From Clostridia bacterium (lineage in GTDB: Bacteria; Bacillota; Clostridia; Oscillospirales; CAG-272), in NCBI GenBank assembly GCA_017556745.1, contig JAFYMF010000005.1, positions 14,238-78,237 of the forward strand: a DNA stretch of 64,000 nucleotides. The letters are read 5' to 3'. Positions 28,936-37,206 of the stretch are shown piece by piece. The notes beneath the pieces were generated by a model. It had not been told where the DNA came from and made no database searches. It was given only the letters and a program-made list of their open reading frames with translations. Both the position numbers and the translations under genes were made by a program. The stretch's first letter is position 1. Each line of letters starts with the position of its first letter.

Positions 28936-30216
28936 TTATGCAAGCAAAGAATCAAACGCTGACTTAATGTCAGAATACATATACAGCGAACCGAATGCAG
29001 CGATTACTTTCACACCCTCGTTTTTGGCTTCTTCATAAGCTGAAGCTACTGCACTCTGAATACTGTCATACGCAACAGACGTCTTCCCTTTTTCACGGAA
29101 CACTTCTGCAAACTCCTCTGCAGGAAGAGACCTGGGATTATTTGGAGTTACAGTGAACACCTTGCTGACAATAGGTAAAACAATATCAGCAAGTTCCCGA
29201 TAATTCTTATCAGCCATTACCCCTGTTATAAGATATATCTTTTCACCGCCAAAATACTGTTCTATACTTTCAACCGCCGCCCTGATACCGTGAGGATTAT
29301 GAGCACCATCAAGGATTACATACGGTTCCTTTGATATTATTTCGAAGCGTGCAGGCCACCTGACAGTCCCAAGTCCTGCTTTAACAGTATCATTGGTAAT
29401 ACCTGTGAATTTCTCCTTAAGTATCTCAGTCGCCTCAAGAACCATTGCCGTATTCTTTTTCTGAAACATCCCTACAAGAGGTACGGTTACACTGTCATAG
29501 TTTTTATACGCAATACTTGTACCGCAAACAGACGAACCAAGATCATGAATAAGACTAAAATCGGGAGAATAGAGCATTGCTCTTTTTTCTTCCGCAACAG
29601 CTCTTATAACTTTTTCTGCCTCCGGATTCTCTCCGTAGAAAAGTACAGGACAACCGTCCTTAATTATTCCTGATTTTGCGGTTGCAATCTGACTGTAATC
29701 CGAACCGAGCTCTTTTGTATGGTCAAGTCCGATGGCGGTTATAACAGATAGATCGGGAGAAGTAATAACATTGGTAGAATCAAGTCCACCGCCCATACCA
29801 ACCTCAAGAACAACTACGTCACATGCGTTACGTCTGAAATACTCAAATGCCGCCACAGTTATAAGTTCAAATTCAGTCGGTTTATCCTCCATAGCCTCAG
29901 CATGGGGTTTAATAAAGCTGATAACTTCTACAAGCTCATCATCCGGAATATTCTGTCCGTTTATTCTCATTCTCTCGTTAAAGGTAACGATATATGGAGA
30001 GGTATAAAGACCGGTTTTATATCCCGATTTTTCAAGTATACTCGCAAGCATACAGGAAAAGGAACCCTTACCGTTGGTACCTGCAACGTGGACGAAACGA
30101 AGTTCTCTATGAGGATTACCGATACGGTCAAGAAGTTCTATAGTTCTCTCAAGTCCAAGCCGAGATCCGCGCCAATTTACGCTGTGTATATATTCTATTG
30201 TTTCATTGTAAGTCAC
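28936..30216 (-). CDS. folC: Folylpolyglutamate synthase / dihydrofolate synthase
   Basis: VHVAGTNGKGS gives the P-loop. YTSPYIVTFNERMRING and the Mur-ligase-like layout also fit. Length is 426 aa. Confidence 0.9.
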   Translation of the reverse strand: MTYNETIEYIHSVNWRGSRLGLERTIELLDRIGNPHRELRFVHVAGTNGKGSFSCMLASILEKSGYKTGLYTSPYIVTFNERMRINGQNIPDDELVEVISFIKPHAEAMEDKPTEFELITVAAFEYFRRNACDVVVLEVGMGGGLDSTNVITSPDLSVITAIGLDHTKELGSDYSQIATAKSGIIKDGCPVLFYGENPEAEKVIRAVAEEKRAMLYSPDFSLIHDLGSSVCGTSIAYKNYDSVTVPLVGMFQKKNTAMVLEATEILKEKFTGITNDTVKAGLGTVRWPARFEIISKEPYVILDGAHNPHGIRAAVESIEQYFGGEKIYLITGVMADKNYRELADIVLPIVSKVFTVTPNNPRSLPAEEFAEVFREKGKTSVAYDSIQSAVASAYEEAKNEGVKVIAAFGSLYMYSDIKSAFDSLLA

Positions 30217-30230
30217 AGTTTGTCACTTCC

Positions 30231-30764
30231 TTATTTTTTTCGCTGAACAGGTAGTATTCCTCGCCTCATAATAAACAAAATAGCAAAGAATTCAACAGTT
30301 CCTACCACAAGGGACACGCCCAAACCTATAAAAGCCCCGACCGTAGGCATACCGAGCCAAAGGATTTTGGCGATAGATTTTATAATGACCTGTCCTATAA
30401 TATGGGCAGAGGCTACTGCAAATGAGTATTGCACGCCGCCTCTTTTTCTAAATATATACCTCGGTACAGCACCCGAACAAAAGCCCACCGCCGCGGCACC
30501 GAGAGTTATAAGCGGAATCACAGCGGGATTGGATGAACAAAGGCAACTGAGCAAGTCAGCACAAATACCGCAAGCAGCACCGTAAAATGGACCGAAAGTA
30601 ATGCCTGCAAGAATTATCGGCAGGTTTTCAAACGTTACTCTGTAATAAACGTTGAAGGTAAAAAAATTCTTACAAACAATGCCGATTATTACACTGAGTG
30701 CCGTAAGCATTGCAACTGCGGTAATAGTCTGAGTTTTTGAAAAGACACTTGAATTTTTTTGCAT
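30231..30764 (-). CDS. folT: ECF-transporter S component, probably folate-specific (FolT-like)
   Basis: A 177-aa protein with about six TM segments, sitting immediately downstream of a THF riboswitch and upstream of folC. Specificity is inferred from this context. Confidence 0.65.
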   Translation of the reverse strand: MQKNSSVFSKTQTITAVAMLTALSVIIGIVCKNFFTFNVYYRVTFENLPIILAGITFGPFYGAACGICADLLSCLCSSNPAVIPLITLGAAAVGFCSGAVPRYIFRKRGGVQYSFAVASAHIIGQVIIKSIAKILWLGMPTVGAFIGLGVSLVVGTVEFFAILFIMRRGILPVQRKK

Positions 30765-30836
30765 AAAAAATATCCTCCTTTACAAACAGGGTGCGCTATC
30801 GCTGCAGCCACATAAAGGAAGATACTATCCTTATGT

Positions 30837-30936
30837 AACAGCGGGATGCGGAATCGGCACCGCTGACGTTTACCGTCAATTCGTCCCAATGACAACTCCC
30901 CGTCCATCGGGCACTATCGCGCCGTATCCTACTCTG
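30837..30936 (-). promoter_or_regulatory. THF (tetrahydrofolate) riboswitch aptamer
   Basis: Minus strand reads cAGAGTAGgATacggCGCGaTAGTGcccgatggacGGGGAgtTGTCAttgggACGAAttgacggtaaacgtcaGCGGTGccgATTccGCATCCcGCTgtt. It matches the conserved blocks of the THF-I class (AGAGUAG...CGCGUUAAGUG...GGGAUGUCGUCA...ACGAA...GCGGUG...GCAUCCGCU) in the correct order. Confidence 0.8.
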
Positions 30937-30973
30937 TTTTTTTCACAATCTATATTGTAAAAAACCATTTATA

Positions 30974-31001
30974 AGTATACCATATTTTTATTTTTTTACA
31001 A
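30974..31001 (-). promoter_or_regulatory. Candidate promoter of the THF-riboswitch/folT operon
   Basis: Minus strand reads TTGTAA (31001-30996), 16 nt spacer, TATACT (30979-30974), with TGg upstream of the -10. Confidence 0.45.
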
Positions 31002-31040
31002 GTGGTTACACCGATAAAATACCATTTTCGATAAATAAAA

Positions 31041-31074
31041 ATATCCGACGCCAAAATCAACGTCGGATATTTTT
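31041..31074. terminator. Terminator hairpin (copy 1 of a repeated terminator-promoter cassette)
   Basis: atatccgacg-ccaaaatcaa-cgtcggatat is a 10-bp stem flanked by an A-run and TTTT. It lies downstream of lipoprotein gene 31156-32658. Confidence 0.75.
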
Positions 31075-31155
31075 ATTTACCTGCATCAGATTCGGGAGAG
31101 CACGATATAAATAAGCACTTCCGCTTACTTATCTGTTTAAATTATAGATATAAAC

Positions 31156-32658
31156 TCAGTTACCAAAAATCTTATTATTAAGTTCTTTTACTAAAAGTTT
31201 GAGTACCCTGTTTTTACTTGCAAGATTAGTTGTAAACTCGCTCAACTTATTATTTTCTACAGGATATCTAAAGAGGAATGAGCCTATCTCTCCCATTTGT
31301 TTGTCATATGTAAGCCCTGCATCAACTCTCGTATTAGTTATAATCATGTCAAACATATTTCTGGACTGTGGATCGCTTAGATATTTTCCTTTAAGTACCA
31401 TCTCTGAATATACAGGAATAACTTTACGCCAGGTCTCGGCGCTGAGTGCTTCCAGAATAGCGGTTGCCATCTCGGGGTTTCTGTTGGTTTTTGGCACACT
31501 GTAAGTCTGAAACCTCTCGAAAGGCATTGAATAATATTCTTTCTGCTTTTCATCATATTTTGGCATCGGAAGTATACCGTAATCATCCTGCATGTTACGG
31601 AATTCAGGAGTTTCAGCACATACAAGCTTCTGGGTAATCATAAACACATTGCCTGATGTAAACAAAGTATCAGCATCCTTCGCTGCTGTTATGTTGCTGA
31701 ACGCACCTTCACCGTAACAAAGCGCTAATATTTTTTCAAGTCCGTTATATGCCTTTTCTTCATTGAGCACAAACTCATACTCACCTATATCATTATATGC
31801 AAGAATGTCGATATCAAATGCACTCCAATAGGAATCTGTTGACCAATAGAGAGGAGAGCAATAGCCGTAGGTATCATCCATATCTCGAGTATCATCACCG
31901 TCAAGATCAGAATACATTCCTGATACAAGAGCAATCTGATAGTCTATTGTCCAATTTCCGTTATTAACTACATCATAAAGATTTTCAACTTTCTGTTCTT
32001 CAGCAATTCTCTTGTTGAAGAATGTTGCATGAATAGAACGAGTCATTGACAGTGACAAAGATCCGGCAAGTAAATAAATTTCATCATCATTGCAAATCTC
32101 ATCAAAAAACTGTCCTGACCACCATGGAGCCTCAGGATCTATATAATCAGTCTTAAGATCAAGAACATTATGGTAATATCCATCAATGGCATAGGAAACA
32201 GATTCAGCAGCTCCAAGCCCGATAATCTGATATGCATCCTCATCGGCACCAAATGTTATTTCAAGTATCTCACGAATTCTCGATGAGTCCTCACATACAC
32301 TCTCAATCTTACAGTTAAACCGTTCCATGACATACAAATTACGGTTATAAATAGAGTCATTGAGCGGTTCACTTGTCAGCTCATCTACCCAGAGCTCATT
32401 ATCGTATACATATCTGGTCGAGGAAGTGTTGATAACTGGAGCAAGTGAAAGAATACGAATTGTCTCTCCGCCGAAATTAAGAGCCGGAACACCATCCTCA
32501 AGATCACGATAGAGTTGAACTATTCCGTTCGGATTCTCATTCAAACTTGCGGTAGTTACAGACGTATCCGTATCTTTACTGCTGTCTACCCCAACCGAAC
32601 ATGAACATAACAATATTGCTATGAAAAGTGCAAGAGCGATAAGACGTATTTTTCTCAT
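31156..32658 (-). CDS. SBP-like lipoprotein paralog 1 (putative family-1 extracellular solute-binding protein, ~500 aa)
   Basis: Signal peptide plus Cys (LFIAILLCSCS), a Ser/Thr/Asp linker, then conserved blocks shared with four neighbours: NPNGI.QLYRD, GGETIRIL, WVDELTSEPLNDSIYNRN, APWWSGQFF, LAGSLSLSMTRSIHATFFNKRIAEE, NMQDDYGILPMPKYDEKQ.EYYSMPFE and VLKGKYLSDPQSR.MFDMI. The SBP assignment itself is by architecture only. Confidence 0.6.
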   Translation of the reverse strand: MRKIRLIALALFIAILLCSCSVGVDSSKDTDTSVTTASLNENPNGIVQLYRDLEDGVPALNFGGETIRILSLAPVINTSSTRYVYDNELWVDELTSEPLNDSIYNRNLYVMERFNCKIESVCEDSSRIREILEITFGADEDAYQIIGLGAAESVSYAIDGYYHNVLDLKTDYIDPEAPWWSGQFFDEICNDDEIYLLAGSLSLSMTRSIHATFFNKRIAEEQKVENLYDVVNNGNWTIDYQIALVSGMYSDLDGDDTRDMDDTYGYCSPLYWSTDSYWSAFDIDILAYNDIGEYEFVLNEEKAYNGLEKILALCYGEGAFSNITAAKDADTLFTSGNVFMITQKLVCAETPEFRNMQDDYGILPMPKYDEKQKEYYSMPFERFQTYSVPKTNRNPEMATAILEALSAETWRKVIPVYSEMVLKGKYLSDPQSRNMFDMIITNTRVDAGLTYDKQMGEIGSFLFRYPVENNKLSEFTTNLASKNRVLKLLVKELNNKIFGN

Positions 32659-32802
32659 TTTCAGTCTCCTTTTTGTCTGTAAAATTTTTATGCTATGTTT
32701 TTATATTAATTCGAATAGACAAACAGCATATCTATCGTCAAATATAACACAGCACATTTTTAGTGATTTTCGACAAAGAATACAGAACTTTTCATTTTTT
32801 AT

Positions 32803-32831
32803 AGTATATCATACACATATTTCTTTTGCAA
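32803..32831 (-). promoter_or_regulatory. Candidate promoter of lipoprotein paralog 1
   Basis: Minus strand reads TTGCAA (32831-32826), 17 nt spacer, TATACT (32808-32803), with TGa upstream. It is homologous to the folT promoter region. Confidence 0.45.
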
Positions 32832-32867
32832 GCAATTACACAAAAAAATACCATTTTCAGTAAAAAA

Positions 32868-32897
32868 ATATCCGACGTTGATTTGAACGTCGGATAT
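32868..32897. terminator. Terminator hairpin (copy 2 of the repeated cassette)
   Basis: atatccgacg-ttgatttgaa-cgtcggatat has a stem identical to copy 1 and a loop that is approximately its reverse complement. It directly follows the deacetylase stop. Confidence 0.75.
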
Positions 32898-32907
32898 TTC
32901 TTGTTTA

Positions 32908-33999
32908 TCAGTATTTAAGTCTGAAAAGCCAGTCGGAATCAAGCTCGTCAAGAGTAGCAAAAGTATATCCGCTGGACAGAAGAGTTTCAATTATATACGG
33001 AAGAGCCTCTACGGTAGGCGAAGTAGTGTCGTGCATGAGCATGATCTTCGGGTAACGTGCCGAACAACTGTTTATTGTCTCAATCGCCGAACGCTTAAGG
33101 TATTCAACCTCAGGCATATCCTCAGGCTTGCCGCCGAGATAACGATCATTATTTGCACATGTCCAGTCAAAACTTATGTACCCGATATCCTTTACTGCCT
33201 GATAAAACGCAGGAAAATCAGACTTCGGCAGTGCATAGTTGTTTGAACCACCCGGGAATCTGAATATTTTTTGTTCAGGTATGTATCCCAGAGCTTTTTC
33301 AACCTCTGCTTCCCATTTTCTGATATCATTTACAAGAGACTCGGGGGTAGCATATACATCATCAAACTCATGTGAATAGGTATGACAAGCTACAACGTGA
33401 CCTGCCGCCACCATGTTTCTCACTCTCTGCGGATAATAGGAAACAAAGGTACCGACGGTGAAAAACGTTGCCTTGACACCGTAGTTGTCAAGTATCTCAA
33501 GCACAGCATCGTTATACTTGTTAGGTCCGTCATCAAAGGTCAAATATATAACCTTCTCCCCATTACCCTGAACGTTTGTGGGAAGATCGTCAGGGGTAAC
33601 AGTAGGGGGTGCAGTGGTTTCCTCCGGACCGAGACTTACTATAACAGTAATCGGATATGCCTCGTTAATGCGAAGATACGATTCCTCTTCTCTGCCGACA
33701 TAATTACAGGATATAACAACGCCTGCTTCTATGTCCGAATGAGTGTACGAAAAAGAATATTTAATTTTTGTGTTGTCAAAAATTGCTGAAACCTCCGGCT
33801 CTGTTTTACCGACAAGGTTAGGAATGGTTATAAATACTTCTCTGGCTGTGGTCAGTTCTTTGGTTACCCATTCCATCGTACTGTTATCAGTACCGCTGGT
33901 TTCCGTTGCCCCTGTGGTAACCTCTGTACATCCGATACCGAGGGACAAAACAACGACAGAAAGCAAGAACAATGCAATGTACTCTTTAAATTTTTTCAT
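32908..33999 (-). CDS. Lipoprotein polysaccharide deacetylase (CE4 NodB domain) with an N-terminal PASTA-like module
   Basis: Lipobox LSLGIGCT. IPNLVGKTEPEV resembles a PASTA-like strand. NodB motifs are YLTFDDGP, ACHTYSH and RFPGG, with LMHD late in the sequence. Confidence 0.8.
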   Translation of the reverse strand: MKKFKEYIALFLLSVVVLSLGIGCTEVTTGATETSGTDNSTMEWVTKELTTAREVFITIPNLVGKTEPEVSAIFDNTKIKYSFSYTHSDIEAGVVISCNYVGREEESYLRINEAYPITVIVSLGPEETTAPPTVTPDDLPTNVQGNGEKVIYLTFDDGPNKYNDAVLEILDNYGVKATFFTVGTFVSYYPQRVRNMVAAGHVVACHTYSHEFDDVYATPESLVNDIRKWEAEVEKALGYIPEQKIFRFPGGSNNYALPKSDFPAFYQAVKDIGYISFDWTCANNDRYLGGKPEDMPEVEYLKRSAIETINSCSARYPKIMLMHDTTSPTVEALPYIIETLLSSGYTFATLDELDSDWLFRLKY

Positions 34000-34044
34000 T
34001 AATTTTTTACCGTCCTGCTACGATGTAATTTTCAGTAAAATATA

Positions 34045-35559
34045 TTATTCTTTAAAGGCAAGCTCATTAAGATTTTTAATAAACAGTTTTAGCATTCTAC
34101 TTTTGGATGCAAGATTTGTGGTAAAGTGTTCAGCATTATTATATTCAATGGGATATCTGTAAAGATTTGACGGAATACTTCCGATCTTATCGTAAAACAT
34201 AATTCCGGAATCTATCTTTACGCTACCAATAACCTTATCAAACATAGTTCTTGACTGTGGGTCGCTTAAATATTTTCCTTTGAGAACCATCTCCGAATAC
34301 GTGGGGATAACCTTTCTCCAGGTTTCTGCACAAAGTGCCTCAAGAACAGCAGTTACCATCTCAGGCTGAATAACCGTCTTAGGTATAGAATACGTCTGAA
34401 AGATCTCAAAGGGCATTGAATAATATTCACTCTGCTTTTTATCATATTTAGGCATAGGAAGAATACCGTAATCATCCTGCATATTACGGTATCCGGGAGC
34501 CTCCGCACACGCAAGCTTCTGTGTTATCATGAAAACTCTTCCTGATGTGAACAAATCGTCGGTCTGTTTAGTTGACTCGACATAACTGTAGGCAGCATCA
34601 CTGTAACAAAGCTTCAGCACCTTAATAAGTCCGTCATACGCTTTTTCGGTATTAAGTACAAACTCAAATTCTCCGTCATTGTTTTTGGAGAGAATATCGA
34701 TATCGAATGCTGACCAGTATGAATCGGATGACCAGTAAAAGGGTGAACAGAATCCGTATGAGTCATCCAAATCATGCTCATCATTACCGTTAACATCACG
34801 GTACATACCCGATGTAACCTCTATCTGATAGTCTATAGTCCAACGTCCGTCGTTAACTACTTCATAAAGATTCTCTACATTTTGCTCTTCTGCTATTCTC
34901 TTGTTGAAATAAGTCGCATGAATGGAGCGTGTCATTGACAGGGACAGTGCACCGGCAAGCACCATGATCTTATCATTTACGCCTGTTGCCTCAAAAAACT
35001 GCTGTGACCACCAAGGTGCTTCAAAATCGATATAGTCTGTTTCGAGAGCTGTCAGATCGTGAAAATAACCATCAAGACTAAGAGAAACAGTAGGTGCCGC
35101 CTCATGTCCGATTACCTGATAAACGTCCTCATCAGCATTAAAGAGGATGTCAAACTTTTGTGTAATTTCAGCTGCTGTAGCTACATCATTTTCAATCACG
35201 CAATTTAAACGATCCATAACATACATATTACGGTTATAGATAGAGTCACTAAGAGGCTCGCTTGTAAGATCTTCTACCCAAATTTCGTTGTCATATACGT
35301 AAGCCGTGGAGGATGAACTATTCTTAAGAGAAAGGATTCGTATTGTTTCACCGCCTAAATTAAGACTATCGGGAAGAGAGTCCTCCTGATCACGGTAAAG
35401 CGAAGAAATTCCATTTGGATCTTCGGTCTTCTGTGCGGTAGTGTCAGATGAATTTCCTTTGTTTGTGTCAGAATTACTACCGGTGGAAGAACAAGCTATG
35501 GTAGAAAGAAGAGACACTAACAGAAGTAAGGATAAAATTTTTCTAAACGCGCTTTTCAT
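34045..35559 (-). CDS. SBP-like lipoprotein paralog 2
   Basis: Lipobox LLSTIACSS and the same conserved blocks as paralog 1. The C-terminus is KLFIKNLNELAFKE. Confidence 0.6.
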   Translation of the reverse strand: MKSAFRKILSLLLLVSLLSTIACSSTGSNSDTNKGNSSDTTAQKTEDPNGISSLYRDQEDSLPDSLNLGGETIRILSLKNSSSSTAYVYDNEIWVEDLTSEPLSDSIYNRNMYVMDRLNCVIENDVATAAEITQKFDILFNADEDVYQVIGHEAAPTVSLSLDGYFHDLTALETDYIDFEAPWWSQQFFEATGVNDKIMVLAGALSLSMTRSIHATYFNKRIAEEQNVENLYEVVNDGRWTIDYQIEVTSGMYRDVNGNDEHDLDDSYGFCSPFYWSSDSYWSAFDIDILSKNNDGEFEFVLNTEKAYDGLIKVLKLCYSDAAYSYVESTKQTDDLFTSGRVFMITQKLACAEAPGYRNMQDDYGILPMPKYDKKQSEYYSMPFEIFQTYSIPKTVIQPEMVTAVLEALCAETWRKVIPTYSEMVLKGKYLSDPQSRTMFDKVIGSVKIDSGIMFYDKIGSIPSNLYRYPIEYNNAEHFTTNLASKSRMLKLFIKNLNELAFKE

Positions 35560-35629
35560 TATTATTTTCTCATTTCTGCTTATAAAAATTCTAATTTAAC
35601 TTTCAAGATTACTTTATCACAAAAACATG

Positions 35630-37129
35630 TTATTCTTTAGAAGCGAGTTCATTAAGATTTTTAATAAACAATTTCATGTTTTTGCTCTTCGAAGCAAGTT
35701 CGGAAGAAAAATTTCCCGGATCGTTGATTTCTATGGGATAACGGTAAAGAGCTGATGCTATATTACTTATTTTTATGTAGTACATGATACCGGCATCGAT
35801 TTTTGTGTTGCTGATGATCATATCGAACATATCTCTTGACTTAGGATCATTTAAATATTTTCCTTTAAGAACCAGCTCTGAGTAAGTAGGTATGATCTTT
35901 CTCCATGTCTCTGCACAGAGTGCCTCAAGCACAGCGGTAGCCATATCCGTCCGAGCTGTTGTTCTGGGAACTGAATATGTCTGAAATATCTCATACGGCA
36001 TTGAATAATATTCGCTCTGCTTCTCGTCAAATTTGGGCATAGGAAGTATACCGTAGTCATCCTGCATATTACGGAATTCCGGAGTCTCCGCATATGATAT
36101 CTGCTGAGTGGTCATAAACACGTTACCGGAAACAAACATATCACCTGTATTGGAATAATGATAAGCACCTTCACCGTAATAAAGAGCGATTATCTTAAGA
36201 AGACCGTCATAAGCCTTTTCAGAATTGAGCACAAATTCAAAATCACCGTATTCATTTCGTGAAAGAATATCGATATCAAAGGCACTCCAATATGAATCGG
36301 TAGACCAATATTTAGGCGTACAAAAGCCGTATTCATCCTCTATATCTTTTGTATCATTACCGTTGACATCTCGGTACATACCCGACACAAGCTGTGTATG
36401 GTAATCAATTGTCCATAATCCATCGTTTGTAACGGTATAGAGATTTTCAACATTATACGCTTCCGCGATTCTCTTGTTAAAATAAGTCACGTAAATAGAC
36501 CGTGTCATTGAGAGAGACAAGGAACCGGCAAGGGCAAATATTTTTCCGTTAGCATTTGTTGACTCAAAGAATTGACCCGACCACCAAGGTGCATCAAAAT
36601 CAATATAATCAGTTTCAAGATTTGTCAGATCGTAAAAATACGAATCAAGTCCGAGATTGAGCGCAGGTGCTGCCTCAAATCCAACAACCTGATAAACATC
36701 TTCATCTGCAAAATGGGTCTTCTCAAGCATCTTGTTAAGATCCGCTGCTACCGCAAGCTCGTTTTCTATTTTACAGTTGAGACGTTCCATAACATACATA
36801 TTACGGTTATAGATAGAGTCGTTGAGAGGCTCACTTGTCAGCTCATCTACCCATATTTCGTCATCATACACGTTTCCCGTGGTAGATCCTCTGTTTTTCA
36901 AAGTGAGAAAACGAATTGTCTCTCCGCCGAAATTAAGACTGGGAAGGCTGTCTTCAAGATCACGATAAAGCTGGGATATACCGTTTGGATCTTCGGTCTG
37001 TTGTGCAGTAGTTACAGACGTATCTCCTTTATCCTTACCGTCATCTGAATCCATAGAAGAACATGCAACAACAGAAAGAAGAAACACCGATACAAGTATT
37101 AATGAAAAAATTCTAAGTGTGATTTTCAT
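35630..37129 (-). CDS. SBP-like lipoprotein paralog 3
   Basis: Lipobox LLSVVACSS and the same conserved blocks. The C-terminus is KLFIKNLNELASKE. Confidence 0.6.
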   Translation of the reverse strand: MKITLRIFSLILVSVFLLSVVACSSMDSDDGKDKGDTSVTTAQQTEDPNGISQLYRDLEDSLPSLNFGGETIRFLTLKNRGSTTGNVYDDEIWVDELTSEPLNDSIYNRNMYVMERLNCKIENELAVAADLNKMLEKTHFADEDVYQVVGFEAAPALNLGLDSYFYDLTNLETDYIDFDAPWWSGQFFESTNANGKIFALAGSLSLSMTRSIYVTYFNKRIAEAYNVENLYTVTNDGLWTIDYHTQLVSGMYRDVNGNDTKDIEDEYGFCTPKYWSTDSYWSAFDIDILSRNEYGDFEFVLNSEKAYDGLLKIIALYYGEGAYHYSNTGDMFVSGNVFMTTQQISYAETPEFRNMQDDYGILPMPKFDEKQSEYYSMPYEIFQTYSVPRTTARTDMATAVLEALCAETWRKIIPTYSELVLKGKYLNDPKSRDMFDMIISNTKIDAGIMYYIKISNIASALYRYPIEINDPGNFSSELASKSKNMKLFIKNLNELASKE

Positions 37130-37206
37130 TGTGATCTTTCACTTTCTTTTTTTAGTAAGCTTCCTTTTTGACTGTAACATTACTTTGCTACTAAAAAATC
37201 GACTTA

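Noticed and set aside
30689-30907. A 72-aa minus-strand ORF upstream of and overlapping folT.
   Set aside because: It overlaps the THF riboswitch aptamer and expression platform and is out of frame with folT. The RNA element explains the conservation-like structure.
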